Shown: positions 36,901-45,396 of the stretch, in pieces | Layout of the letters: each line of letters begins with the position of its first letter | How positions within the stretch are numbered: the first letter of the stretch is position 1 | DNA from: a virus | DNA: 64,000 nucleotides | IMG/VR virus record: IMGVR_UViG_3300046373_000172 | Coordinates: 1 to 64,000 of that record | Reading direction: 5' to 3' (one strand) | Notes under the pieces: generated by a model | Told to the model about the DNA's origin: nothing | The model's database searches: none | What the model saw: only the letters and a program-made list of their open reading frames with translations | Made by a program: the position numbers and the translations under genes

Positions 36901-37596
36901 GCGTTGAAGGGTCTGGACGAAGAATTGGCTGAGAAGGTGGACGCCCTGCGCTCCAAGTCGAAGGCGGTGACGTTCGGGGAAATTTATGGAAGCATGGCCA
37001 AGTCTTTGTCCGAGCGGTTGATGATTTCGGAAGAGGAGGCGCAACTGTTCCTGGATGCGAAGAAGGCACAGTTCCCCGGCGTCGACATTTGGAAGGACGA
37101 AGTAGTGGCGTTCGCCCGCCGACACGGTTACAGCTTGACGATGATGGGCGGCCGGCGCCACATGAGGGAAGTGCTGCAGGGTGGCGACAAGTGGGAGATC
37201 AACCGGGCCGAACGCCAGCTGAGTAACTTCTGCATCCAGTCTTCCGGCGCGGAAGCCATCAAGATCGCCCTTGGGAAGTGTGCGTTCAGCGAGGTCATGC
37301 ACCGCTGTGATGTGCATATCATCGGCAGCCTCCATGATGAACTTATTGTTGACGCGCCCCAGGAACACGCCTATGAAGTGGCAACGGAGATGGTCAAGTT
37401 CTTACAAGCGCCTTACGGCAACATGATCGTACCGTTCATCTCGGAAACCACTCTCGGCCTGGACTTCGGGCACCAGCTGAAGCTCCCTCTTGGGTTCACC
37501 CCGGAGCAGGTGCAGGCCGTCTTGGAGAAGATGAACCGGGAGGCCGACGAACGTAAAAACCCAGCAGCAAAACTCGTCCTGAAGGAAGCAGCATGA
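33985..37596 (+). CDS. polA: Family A DNA polymerase with 5'-3' nuclease, 3'-5' exonuclease and polymerase domains
   Basis: EGDD, DND, GDSSDNIKG (FEN); DIET, YGADD (exo); DCSGQELR, RSKSKAVTFGEIYG, HDE (pol). Confidence 0.93.
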   Translation: MKRTRIGYDMSAFLWNALLYGKDVENGHQAIHKEKPCWINSWHHGYDNVVPRMAELLTKYRLNPIDMILVFEGKNSKSKRLMIDKNYKQGREHPEDAYVEFLTLRDKVKALWLSLGAQVLTQDYAEGDDTLAWLAENTEDDLIIATFDNDLSALNGVNGYGATTTVWVNDLEAHNKYGIFDYHLITTYKALVGDSSDNIKGCVGFGPKTFLKFCDQYGYDGLQELHNLLSMSDLSPLAEMAASGKHPLVAMIVDQGPDVIRCFDLAKLRPEWVNTMAYPLTWEAGMVTPLSAASDPLMKKYYGRARLVSAGSFAAAIEWAKPLILASRDVALDIETTTSEESSEWLERKGNIDGVDVFGSTLCGLGLTFGPNNQYTLYFSVNHADTDNIASEDLRQFIAWIPQDKHLVIQNTNFELPVLYQAWGDKQLDNGFYGYLPNVLDTKLEASYQDENSPLGLKQRSLKILNYKQQTYEETTRLTGTPSELFKGGRLVSTQYKKQMVGTGKFELVPLLDDSGVPMLDEDGAQVLQQGGEIMKEELVLVPSGRTMTAVVDLKTGKRLHYIYADQDEIDSSEEYDPSDTAPEMVPVVDTETRQYKMHELPAAHVFGYGADDPICTIALHNFYKLFMQLEHTYETYLKVEIQAAYANAMAFVSGIPFSMERMMSCEREDNASVAKSWPVLRSFLIDKGWAGTVPPVYTVDITAAQVKEAFEIVAGRKLETMMRTVSKLAIFAREDGEPIFAELLSRVDKEKTPEAVQAFNAYVLGRFKGEPEFNADSPVQMKRLLYETLGLPVRLTNKVTDAQRAKGETQGTAKTDDLALQTALHYDSEFTDLSVLKAIQVMKQCGTRSKLYYKPYRNFPHWRDGLLHPSTNQCATVTRRNSASDPNYTQWPAKGEGLRFRECIVARKRGRVIISSDCSGQELRLAADFSRDPNMLSCYIGENLRDIHSMVAAAATKYFWDREWSYEEFYAALKGLDEELAEKVDALRSKSKAVTFGEIYGSMAKSLSERLMISEEEAQLFLDAKKAQFPGVDIWKDEVVAFARRHGYSLTMMGGRRHMREVLQGGDKWEINRAERQLSNFCIQSSGAEAIKIALGKCAFSEVMHRCDVHIIGSLHDELIVDAPQEHAYEVATEMVKFLQAPYGNMIVPFISETTLGLDFGHQLKLPLGFTPEQVQAVLEKMNREADERKNPAAKLVLKEAA

Positions 37597-37871
37597 ACAG
37601 CACCGTCTACAAATACCCGATTCACCTGACTGGCCTGCAGGTGCTCACACTGCCGGCCCCCGCGCGCATCCTCGACATCCAGATCCAGGACGGCTACCCG
37701 CAGTTGTGGGCGCTGGTCGAGCCGGACCAGCCGATGCAGAATTACGAGGTGATCACCATAGGCACCGGCCAGACCTGCTACCACGACCTGCGCGGCTCGA
37801 TCTTCCAGAAGACGCTGATCGACGGCAGCTTCGTCTGGCACATCTTTGTTCGCCTCCTCCCAACCCTCTGA
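37593..37871 (+). CDS. Conserved small phage protein
   Basis: VYKYP...LWALV...IGTG...FVWHIF. Confidence 0.75.
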   Translation: MNSTVYKYPIHLTGLQVLTLPAPARILDIQIQDGYPQLWALVEPDQPMQNYEVITIGTGQTCYHDLRGSIFQKTLIDGSFVWHIFVRLLPTL

Positions 37872-37879
37872 AAGAGACT

Positions 37880-38205
37880 ATGACCATCCACTACATTGAC
37901 GGCCCTGCGGCCTGCGGCAAGACTCGGCACCTGGACGCGCTGAAAGCGATATACGAGAAGCGTGGTGTCGAGGTGCTTGGGCCTATCGACCCTGCAGGAG
38001 TGCTGGGCTTGCTCCGCTCACCGGCTTACCGGCTTACCTCGACGCCCACCTGAAAGACCGCTCGAAAACGGTCCTGATGGTGGACGACTGGCAGGAGCGC
38101 GGCAAATGGCCGGGGCCCCTGCGAGAGCAGATTAAGGCTGCCGGCTTCCGCAAGGTCTTCATCGCCCGCAGTGACACCGCGCGCAACACCTGGGAGGGCG
38201 TATGA
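37880..38205 (+). pseudogene. Small P-loop NTPase frameshifted by an 8-nt tandem duplication
   Basis: GPAACGKT before and VLMVDD after the shift; removing one ACCGGCTT gives a 105-aa ORF ending in an ATGA overlap. Confidence 0.75.
38020..38038 (+). repeat. Tandem duplication ACCGGCTT x2 plus ACC
   Basis: 38020-38027 identical to 38028-38035. Confidence 0.9.
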
Positions 38206-38435
38206 ACCACCGAAAAGAAGACGCCTGCGAGATCTGCCAAGTGCTCGACTCCAAGGCGTACAGCGAGCCCAAGCGGCAGATGCTGCACCAGCTGCTGGCG
38301 TACGAATTCGCCATCCTCGACGTGATGTCGGACCCGGAGAACGAAGGCATCGAGACCGACGAGGACGAGATCGAGGGCCTGATGAACGAAATTATTGCCG
38401 TGTCCGAGGTGGACGCCGGCGTGACGATGAATTGA
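38202..38435 (+). CDS. Acidic hypothetical protein
   Basis: GGAGG RBS. Confidence 0.65.
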   Translation: MNHRKEDACEICQVLDSKAYSEPKRQMLHQLLAYEFAILDVMSDPENEGIETDEDEIEGLMNEIIAVSEVDAGVTMN

Positions 38436-38443
38436 AAGAGATC

Positions 38444-39352
38444 ATGACCAAACCTACACTCTCCTCCCAGCTGGCCGTCGACTACGAGCCAGGCAAAGCG
38501 CGCTTCCCTTTGATGGCCTTCCACAAGGTCGACGGCGTGCGCGGCAACCACTTCACCGGCGGCTTGACCGGCCGCTCGCTCAAGGCCTTCAAGAACAAGG
38601 CCGTCACCGCGGCGTACGCCTCGGACGTGTATGCCGGCATGGACGGAGAATTCACGATCGACGGCCGGCTGACAGGGCATGACCTGTGCAGCCTGACGAC
38701 GGGCTTGATGGGCCGGATCGCCGGCGAAGCGAACGTGGCGTGGAACTTGTTCGACTGGCTGGCGCCACATGTGGTGGACATGCACTACTTCAAACGCTAC
38801 ACGGCGCTGTATGCCTACCTCGAAGCCAGCAAGCCGGCAGGCGTACATCTGCTGCCTTTCGAGTGGGTACACAATGTTGAAGAGGCCCAGGCGTTCATCG
38901 ACAAATCCCTGACGCTTGGGTACGAAGGCGCCATCTTCCGCGACCCCAAGGAGATGCACAAGTCCGGCCGCGCCACGGCCAAGTTGAACTCCTTCTGGCG
39001 TTTCAAGCCTGCCTCGGACAAGGACGCCATCGTAATCGAGGTCTACGAGGCGGACGAGAACCAGAACGAGGCGAAGAAGAACGAGCTGGGCCAGACCGAG
39101 CGCTCCACTCACAAGGGGAACAAGGTCGCCAAGGGCATGGCCGGCGGCTTCATCTGCACCGACGTCGAATCCGGCGACCGTATCCGGGTGCCGGCCGGCA
39201 CCCTGAAGCACGACGAACGTATCGAGGCTTGGGTGAATCGTTCGGCATACCCGGGCCGGGCGCTGAAATACCGTTCGCTGGACACCGGCGTGAAGGACGC
39301 CCCAAGACAGGCCCGCTTCGTGGGCTGGCGTATCGAGGAAGACATGTCATGA
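38444..39352 (+). CDS. ATP-dependent DNA ligase
   Basis: KVDGVR, MDGE, FDW, GYEGAIFR, RFKP. Confidence 0.9.
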   Translation: MTKPTLSSQLAVDYEPGKARFPLMAFHKVDGVRGNHFTGGLTGRSLKAFKNKAVTAAYASDVYAGMDGEFTIDGRLTGHDLCSLTTGLMGRIAGEANVAWNLFDWLAPHVVDMHYFKRYTALYAYLEASKPAGVHLLPFEWVHNVEEAQAFIDKSLTLGYEGAIFRDPKEMHKSGRATAKLNSFWRFKPASDKDAIVIEVYEADENQNEAKKNELGQTERSTHKGNKVAKGMAGGFICTDVESGDRIRVPAGTLKHDERIEAWVNRSAYPGRALKYRSLDTGVKDAPRQARFVGWRIEEDMS

Positions 39353-39636
39353 TCTGGACCGCTTGCGCCATCGTTGCCGCCGTCTGGGTCTACGTTCTTT
39401 GGACGTACGACGAAGACGAGACAGCAACCAGGCCTCCGCACCTGCCTGAAATCAGCGTCGCCATTCGGCATGTGGAATTCGCTGTGGCCAGGCTGCAGCA
39501 CGACTGCTACAACGGCCACGAACTGCTGCTGGCGATCGACTACGCCGAGCGGCAACTGGCGCTGGCCAGGCGCCACATCTACAGTGTGGACGTGGAAGAA
39601 CGCCCTCCGGCAGCGCCGGAAGACTTGATGCTTTAA
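39349..39636 (+). CDS. N-terminally anchored membrane protein
   Basis: MIWTACAIVAAVWVYVLW; ATGA overlap. Confidence 0.6.
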   Translation: MIWTACAIVAAVWVYVLWTYDEDETATRPPHLPEISVAIRHVEFAVARLQHDCYNGHELLLAIDYAERQLALARRHIYSVDVEERPPAAPEDLML

Positions 39637-39647
39637 CGGGAGAGACC

Positions 39648-39920
39648 ATGGAACTGAGCCGCGCCGAGATCGCTTGTGCGCAGAAACTTCGGCACAGGAG
39701 CAAGACGATAGCGCGTGCCGCCGGTGCGTTGGAGATGCGCAAACGGCCGGGTACACGTCTTTATGTGTACCAGTGCTCAGTCTGCAACGATTGGCACCTG
39801 ACCAAGCGACCGCAGGAGAGTGCGTCTTCTGCGGTCGGCTTTGAGGGCAAGGCCCGGCGCCCGGCGAAGCCTCCCAAGAGGCGTGACCGAAGACCAACTG
39901 ACGATTTAACTGGAGAATGA
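39648..39920 (+). CDS. Small zinc-binding basic protein
   Basis: YVYQCSVCNDWHLT. Confidence 0.65.
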   Translation: MELSRAEIACAQKLRHRSKTIARAAGALEMRKRPGTRLYVYQCSVCNDWHLTKRPQESASSAVGFEGKARRPAKPPKRRDRRPTDDLTGE

Positions 39921-40120
39921 GAATGGACGTACGAAAAATCATCACCCTGGACACCGAGGACTTGCGCGCGGCGCTGCACCTGTGGGTCCGCGAGAAGACC
40001 GGCTGCATGCTTGGCCCGCTGCTGAGCGCCGACGGCGGCCGGCACCTGGCCAAGTTGGGCGAAGTGTCCGGCGTGACCGTGACGTTTGAAATTGTTGAAG
40101 TACCGAAGGAAGCAAAATGA
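39917..40120 (+). CDS. Hypothetical protein
   Basis: Coupled to neighbours. Confidence 0.6.
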   Translation: MRMDVRKIITLDTEDLRAALHLWVREKTGCMLGPLLSADGGRHLAKLGEVSGVTVTFEIVEVPKEAK

Positions 40121-40791
40121 CCCAAGAAATTAAACTCCTAAACCACGGCTACGTCCGACTGGTCGATCACATGGGCAACGACCTGTCGGTGGTGCGCAGC
40201 GCCCGGGTTTCCTACGACGCGGACTGGCGTGCTGGCGAAGACGACGGCAAGGATGCCAAGCTGATCAACTACCTGATGAAGAACAAGCACACGTCGCCGT
40301 TCGAGTCGGTCACGTTCACCTTCGAAGTCAAGGCACCGATCTTCGTCTTCCGGCAGTGGCACCGTCACCGCACCTGGTCTTTCAACGAGATCTCGGCGCG
40401 CTACGCGGAACTGCCGGAAGAGTTTTACGTGCCGGAAGTCGACAAGATCACGACACAGTCGGTGAACAACAAGCAACAGCGCACCGACGAACAGCTTGCC
40501 GATGCCGCCCACTGCGCCAGGGTCATCGAAAATTCCTGTCAGGACTCATTCCACAATTATCACGAACTGCTGAAGCACGGCTGCCCAAGGGAGTTGGCGC
40601 GCGGCGTGCTGCCGGTGAACACCTATAGCAAGATGTTCGCCACGATCGACCTGCACAACCTGCTTGGGTTCCTGCGGTTGCGCGACCACTCGCACGCCCA
40701 GTACGAGATCCAGGTTTATGCTCAGGCCATGGCCGTGCTGATCGAGCCGATCGTGCCTGTCTCGATCGCCGCCTTCCACGCGAACACATAA
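40117..40791 (+). CDS. thyX: FAD-dependent thymidylate synthase
   Basis: HTSPFE, RQWHRHRTWSFNEISARY, HAQYEI. Confidence 0.95.
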   Translation: MTQEIKLLNHGYVRLVDHMGNDLSVVRSARVSYDADWRAGEDDGKDAKLINYLMKNKHTSPFESVTFTFEVKAPIFVFRQWHRHRTWSFNEISARYAELPEEFYVPEVDKITTQSVNNKQQRTDEQLADAAHCARVIENSCQDSFHNYHELLKHGCPRELARGVLPVNTYSKMFATIDLHNLLGFLRLRDHSHAQYEIQVYAQAMAVLIEPIVPVSIAAFHANT

Positions 40792-41219
40792 TGCCGTGCC
40801 GGTTCCGCGACGAAGATGCTTGCACACACCCGCTTCACGAGGGAAGGCCAACCTGTGTCATGGTCGACCCAAGGGCGGCGGACTGCCGGATCTGGAAGTA
40901 CGAAAGGCAGCGGAGCCGGACCGTGGTCGCACCGTTTCTCGGCATACGCCAGTCTGGCGTCACCAAAGAGCCTGGGCCGAGAGGCAGTCAGATCTTCGGA
41001 CCACCTCGCCCCACCCCAGCACAACGACGCGCAGCAGACAAGAAAGCCGAAGTCGAAGTGTTAGACGATCAGGAATTTTTCAGAGCCGCTGAGAAAGCGG
41101 CTCAAGTTGAGCTAACCCGTGCGTCGCCGTTTGACGCCTTATTTCAAGGAACATCATGCCAATCAAAACCGCCGCAAATCGTGGCAAAACCGCCGAGAAG
41201 AAAGTCAGTGAAATCCTGA
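40791..41219 (+). CDS. Hypothetical protein with Cys-rich N-terminus
   Basis: Coupled to the thyX stop; overlaps next gene. Confidence 0.45.
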   Translation: MPCRFRDEDACTHPLHEGRPTCVMVDPRAADCRIWKYERQRSRTVVAPFLGIRQSGVTKEPGPRGSQIFGPPRPTPAQRRAADKKAEVEVLDDQEFFRAAEKAAQVELTRASPFDALFQGTSCQSKPPQIVAKPPRRKSVKS

Positions 41220-41644
41220 AGCGCGCCGAAGCGACCCGGATCTGGTTTACGGCCGGGCGCGTGCCAGATGCGCACGCCGCCGGCGGCCGGTTCACACCCC
41301 AAGCTGGGGACTTCGCCGCTTACAGCCGGGTGCGTACGATGCCAGACGGCCTCTACCTCTCTCGTAACTTCCTGGTAGAGGTGAAAGAATTGAAACACGA
41401 ATTTCGTCTGCCGTTTGCATCCTACTCCGCCGATAAGGTGGCCCGGGTACAGAAGCGCGTGCTGGCCGGCAGCGAGGCGATCGTCGCTATCCTGCACACC
41501 ACGACCGGCTTGTGGCGGCTGGTGCCGTTCTCGGTGTTCAACGATCGCTCGACTGGAGGGTCGTGGGACTTGCGGCCGTTTGCGCCGGTGGCGATTGAAA
41601 CCGCGTTGCTGGAGTTTATGGGCTTGACGAAGGAGGCGGCATGA
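41156..41644 (+). CDS. PD-(D/E)XK nuclease, RecU/Holliday-junction-resolvase-like
   Basis: NRGKTAE...GDF...LVEVKE. Confidence 0.7.
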   Translation: MPIKTAANRGKTAEKKVSEILKRAEATRIWFTAGRVPDAHAAGGRFTPQAGDFAAYSRVRTMPDGLYLSRNFLVEVKELKHEFRLPFASYSADKVARVQKRVLAGSEAIVAILHTTTGLWRLVPFSVFNDRSTGGSWDLRPFAPVAIETALLEFMGLTKEAA

Positions 41645-42684
41645 GCGCCCTCACCGTATTGAACGACTGGCACCTCGGCGCCATCCGAAGTGCCGGCACC
41701 ACGCCGGCCACCGCCTACCAACTTCGGCTGGATCTGCTGCACCATTTCGAAGACGTCTTGTACGGAATCGAGACTGACCTGCTGCTCAACGGCGACTTAT
41801 TCGACACCGCCAACATCCCGACAGCAGACCTGCTGCGCACATTCCAGACTTTGTCCGACTGGCTGACGCGGACCGGCAAGCGTCTGCTGGGGAGTAACGG
41901 CAACCACGACCTGTCGAAGAACAGCACCATCCTGTCGTCATTCCAGCTGCTGATGAAGCTGCTGCGCGAAGTGCACGGCCCGGACCTGGTCTTCCACATC
42001 GAGACCGGCACGGACATCGGCGCCGGCCAGTACGTCATCCCGCATGTCGCAAATCAATCACTTTTCGATGTCGAATTGGCAAGGGTGCCAGCGTGCGACT
42101 ATCTGTTCGTTCATTGTAATTATGACAATGAATTCGCCGTTGAGTCGGACCATTCGTTGAACATGTCCAAGGCGCAGGCCGAGGCTTGCTTGGCGAAGCG
42201 GATCGTGTTCGGCCACGAACACCAGGCCCGCACCGAGTTGGGTGGCAAGGTGATTATCGTGGGCAACCAGACGCCTTCGTCGATCAGCGACTGCCTAGGC
42301 AACAGCAGCAAGACCTACTTGCAGATCCTGCCAGGCGTTGGCGAGGTCTTTCCGGTCAGTTGGAACGAGGACGATGAATATTCCGAACAGGACTGGCGCG
42401 ACCTGCAGGACCGCGGACGCTTCATAAGAGTGACCGGCACTGCCACGGCCGAGGAAGGTGCCCAAGTTGTGCAGGCCATTGCCCGCTTCCGCCAGCAGGC
42501 CAAAGCCTTGGTCATCACCAACGCCGTGAAGGTGCAGGGCGTGAACGACCAGGACGACCTCGTGCTGACACAGGAAGCTGTCTCCGCCTTCAATGTGCAG
42601 GAAGCGCTGCTGGAAATCCTGACGCCGGAAGAAGGCGCCAAAATTCTCAAACTGCTGAATCCGGAGACTGAAAATGCTCAATGA
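41641..42684 (+). CDS. SbcD/Mre11-like metallophosphoesterase nuclease
   Basis: DWHLG, GDLFD, GNHD, GHEH. Confidence 0.88.
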   Translation: MSALTVLNDWHLGAIRSAGTTPATAYQLRLDLLHHFEDVLYGIETDLLLNGDLFDTANIPTADLLRTFQTLSDWLTRTGKRLLGSNGNHDLSKNSTILSSFQLLMKLLREVHGPDLVFHIETGTDIGAGQYVIPHVANQSLFDVELARVPACDYLFVHCNYDNEFAVESDHSLNMSKAQAEACLAKRIVFGHEHQARTELGGKVIIVGNQTPSSISDCLGNSSKTYLQILPGVGEVFPVSWNEDDEYSEQDWRDLQDRGRFIRVTGTATAEEGAQVVQAIARFRQQAKALVITNAVKVQGVNDQDDLVLTQEAVSAFNVQEALLEILTPEEGAKILKLLNPETENAQ

Positions 42685-42997
42685 CCAAGACAAAGAACGG
42701 CTGCGCCGGCTGTGTGCCAGCGCGGCGCCCGGCCCTCGGCTTCTGTACCCTCGCTGCATAGGCAACAGCGACGCTATCGAGAAGGGCGCGGACCCGATTG
42801 ATGTCGCCGCCGGCAGTGACGACTGGTGCCTCGGCTGGGAAGTCACCGATCACGACGACGTGACTCGAACAGGCTTCCACCCGATCAGCCGGGGCGAGTT
42901 TAACGGACCAGACGCGGCGCTCATTATGGCCACACCGCCGGAAGTGATCCTCGCCCTGCTGGACGAAATCCAACAACTGAAAGCCCTCCATGCTTAA
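42674..42997 (+). CDS. Ead/Ea22-like protein
   Basis: SAAPGP...DAALIMATPPEVILALLDEI. Confidence 0.65.
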   Translation: MLNDQDKERLRRLCASAAPGPRLLYPRCIGNSDAIEKGADPIDVAAGSDDWCLGWEVTDHDDVTRTGFHPISRGEFNGPDAALIMATPPEVILALLDEIQQLKALHA

Positions 42998-45155
42998 CTC
43001 CGTACACCTGGAAAATTTTCGTAAGCACGCCGACCGTACTGTCACGTTCGGACCTGGTATTAACGCGATCCGAGCCGCAAACGAAAATGGCAAAACGACA
43101 ATACTTACCGCCATCGCCTACGCCCTGTTCGGCACCACCGCGCTCGACGAGTCGCTGGACGACGTTGTAACTTATGGTGTGCCTGTCGGGAAACTAAAAG
43201 TCACCGTCGCCTTCGACATGTATGACGTCGACTATATCGTCACCCGCGGCAAGGCCGGCGCCGAACTCTTGGCCAACGGCCAGGTGCAGGTCACCGGCCA
43301 GCGCGAAGTGACCAAGGCGATCGAGGCGCTGTTCGGCGCCAACGCCGACATGGCCGGCAAGCTGATGATCGCCTCCCAGTCGTCGCTGCGCGGCGCGCTG
43401 GCCGACGGGCCGAAGGCGGCGGGAGAATTAATTGAATATTTGGCCGACTTCGACTTGATCGACCGCGTCATCAACTTGGTCCAGTCCAAGCTGGTGAATG
43501 GCGCCACGACCAGCGTCGAATCCCGCATCGCGCTGCTGACGACGCAGGCGGAAGAGAAGGCGCTGATCGGCTTGGCACCGCTGGAGGCGGAAGTGGCAAA
43601 AGCGGAAGCCGGCGCGGCGACGGCGCACGTAGCGCTCACGAAGCTGCTGGAGCAGAGCGAGGCGCTGGACGTCAACGCTGCGAACACGGTGCTGGCTGAC
43701 CAGAAACGGCTCCAGGCGTCGATCGACCGCCGGACAGTGGAACTGGCCGCGCTGGACGCCAAACTCGCTGTGGCGCTGCCTGTGGCGCCGGCGGACGAGG
43801 AAGTGGCGGCGCTGCGCATCAAGGTCGAGCAGCAGAAGGACTTGGCGTCCGCCTTGGCCCTGAAAGCCGAGTTGGTGCGCGCGCCGACGGCGGTGCTGTG
43901 GGACGAGCCGCTGGAGAACCTGCACGCCGAGATCGCCAAGGCGCTCGACGCGGTGAAGGCGACCGAAGCGGACCATGCGCAGGCGGACGCCGCGCTGCGC
44001 AACGCCGAGCGCGCGGCGGCCCGCTTCAAGTCCGACCAGGCCTTGGAGATCGCCCAGCTGGAGGGCCGGCTGATCAAGGACGAGTCCTGCGCCTTCTGCG
44101 GCAAGGACTTGAAAGACATCCCGGAAGTGGCGTTGAACAACAACCCGCTGTACGCCAAGATCCAAGTGGCCAGGGCGGCTGTGGCGCCAACGACCGAGAA
44201 AGAGCAGGCCTGGCTGACCAAGGCGCAGCTTGCCGACTCGAAGTCGCGCACCTACCTCCTGGATCTGCGCGACGTCGACCAGGCCAACGCCAAGGTGTCC
44301 CAGCTTTACGCCCGCGCCGAGCGCTTCATCAAACTCGACACCAGCACGGTGCCGGCGCAGTGGACCTGGATCGGCCCGACCGGCGCCCCGCAGGACTTCG
44401 CCGGCGACCTGGCCAAGTTGGAAGCCCAAGGTCGGGCGGCTGTGGCCGGCGCGGCGGCGCGGCGGGAGCAGACCGGGCAACGCATACAGCTCGCAGGCCT
44501 GATGACCCATGACGAACTGGAGCTGGAAGACCTGAAGACGGTGGAAGCTCAGGCCACGCTTGACACAGCCGCCGCGCTGAAGCCCCTGCTGGTCGAAGCA
44601 CAGACCCTGCTGAAGGCGGCGAACGCAGCGGTCGAGGAAGCGCAAGGTGACCTGAACATCGCCCGCACGGAAAATCACTACGCCCTCAAGGGTCAGGCCG
44701 AAGCCAAGGTGCAGCTGGCTGCCGCCCAGGCTGAGATGCTGGAGATGCAGGCCAACAACGTGCTGATCAAGAAGGTGCGCGGCGCCCGCGCCACCATCAC
44801 AGACAAACTGTGGAACATCACGCTGGCGGCGGTGTCGCGCTACGCCGGCCAGGTGCGCGGCGAGGTGTCGACCATCACCCGCGGCGAGGGCGGCTTCCGG
44901 ATCAACGGCAACCCGGTCGCCGGCTTGTCCGGATCGGCCAAGGATGTGCTGGGCTTGGCCATCCGGATCGCGCTGACCAAGACCTTCATCCCGGCCACGC
45001 CGTTCATGATCCTTGACGAAGCGGCAGCGGCCTGCGACGATCAGCGTGAGATCGCCATGCTTGGCCTGCTGGCCACGCTGGACTTTGACCAGGTGATCCT
45101 TGTGACGCACTCGGACCTGGTCGACGCCTATGCACAGAACGTCATCACACTTTAA
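42990..45155 (+). CDS. SbcC/Rad50-like SMC ATPase
   Basis: LENFRKH, NENGKTT, CAFC zinc hook, LSGS, ILDE, VTH. Confidence 0.92.
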   Translation: MLNSVHLENFRKHADRTVTFGPGINAIRAANENGKTTILTAIAYALFGTTALDESLDDVVTYGVPVGKLKVTVAFDMYDVDYIVTRGKAGAELLANGQVQVTGQREVTKAIEALFGANADMAGKLMIASQSSLRGALADGPKAAGELIEYLADFDLIDRVINLVQSKLVNGATTSVESRIALLTTQAEEKALIGLAPLEAEVAKAEAGAATAHVALTKLLEQSEALDVNAANTVLADQKRLQASIDRRTVELAALDAKLAVALPVAPADEEVAALRIKVEQQKDLASALALKAELVRAPTAVLWDEPLENLHAEIAKALDAVKATEADHAQADAALRNAERAAARFKSDQALEIAQLEGRLIKDESCAFCGKDLKDIPEVALNNNPLYAKIQVARAAVAPTTEKEQAWLTKAQLADSKSRTYLLDLRDVDQANAKVSQLYARAERFIKLDTSTVPAQWTWIGPTGAPQDFAGDLAKLEAQGRAAVAGAAARREQTGQRIQLAGLMTHDELELEDLKTVEAQATLDTAAALKPLLVEAQTLLKAANAAVEEAQGDLNIARTENHYALKGQAEAKVQLAAAQAEMLEMQANNVLIKKVRGARATITDKLWNITLAAVSRYAGQVRGEVSTITRGEGGFRINGNPVAGLSGSAKDVLGLAIRIALTKTFIPATPFMILDEAAAACDDQREIAMLGLLATLDFDQVILVTHSDLVDAYAQNVITL

Positions 45156-45163
45156 GGAGAATT

Positions 45164-45364
45164 ATGAGCATCCCACAAGACGGCTGGATCCCTTCCGCAG
45201 AATGGTGCGCCAAGTACAAGGAGGCCGCGCCGACCGTCCGGCGCCGGGTGCAGGATGGCGCCTGGAAGCGCGGCGTGCACTGGGCGGCGCCGGACGGCGG
45301 TTGCTCCTACGTGCACGAGCCGCGCTGCCGGCAGTGGTTGATCGAACGAGGTAAGCTGAAATAA
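45164..45364 (+). CDS. Excisionase-like small DNA-binding protein
   Basis: TVRRRVQDGAWKRGVHWAAPDG...WL. Confidence 0.65.
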   Translation: MSIPQDGWIPSAEWCAKYKEAAPTVRRRVQDGAWKRGVHWAAPDGGCSYVHEPRCRQWLIERGKLK

Positions 45365-45396
45365 ATAAAGCCCGCGAAAGCGGGCTTTATTTATTT
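45359..45396. terminator. Bidirectional terminator between the converging genome arms
   Basis: AAATAAATAAAGCCCGC-GAAA-GCGGGCTTTATTTATTT, perfect 17-bp stem. Confidence 0.93.

Noticed and set aside
45164-45364. Excisionase-like gene as evidence of a temperate lifestyle
   Set aside because: No integrase, att site or CI-like repressor in the window, and such genes also occur in lytic phages; the rest of the genome is not visible.
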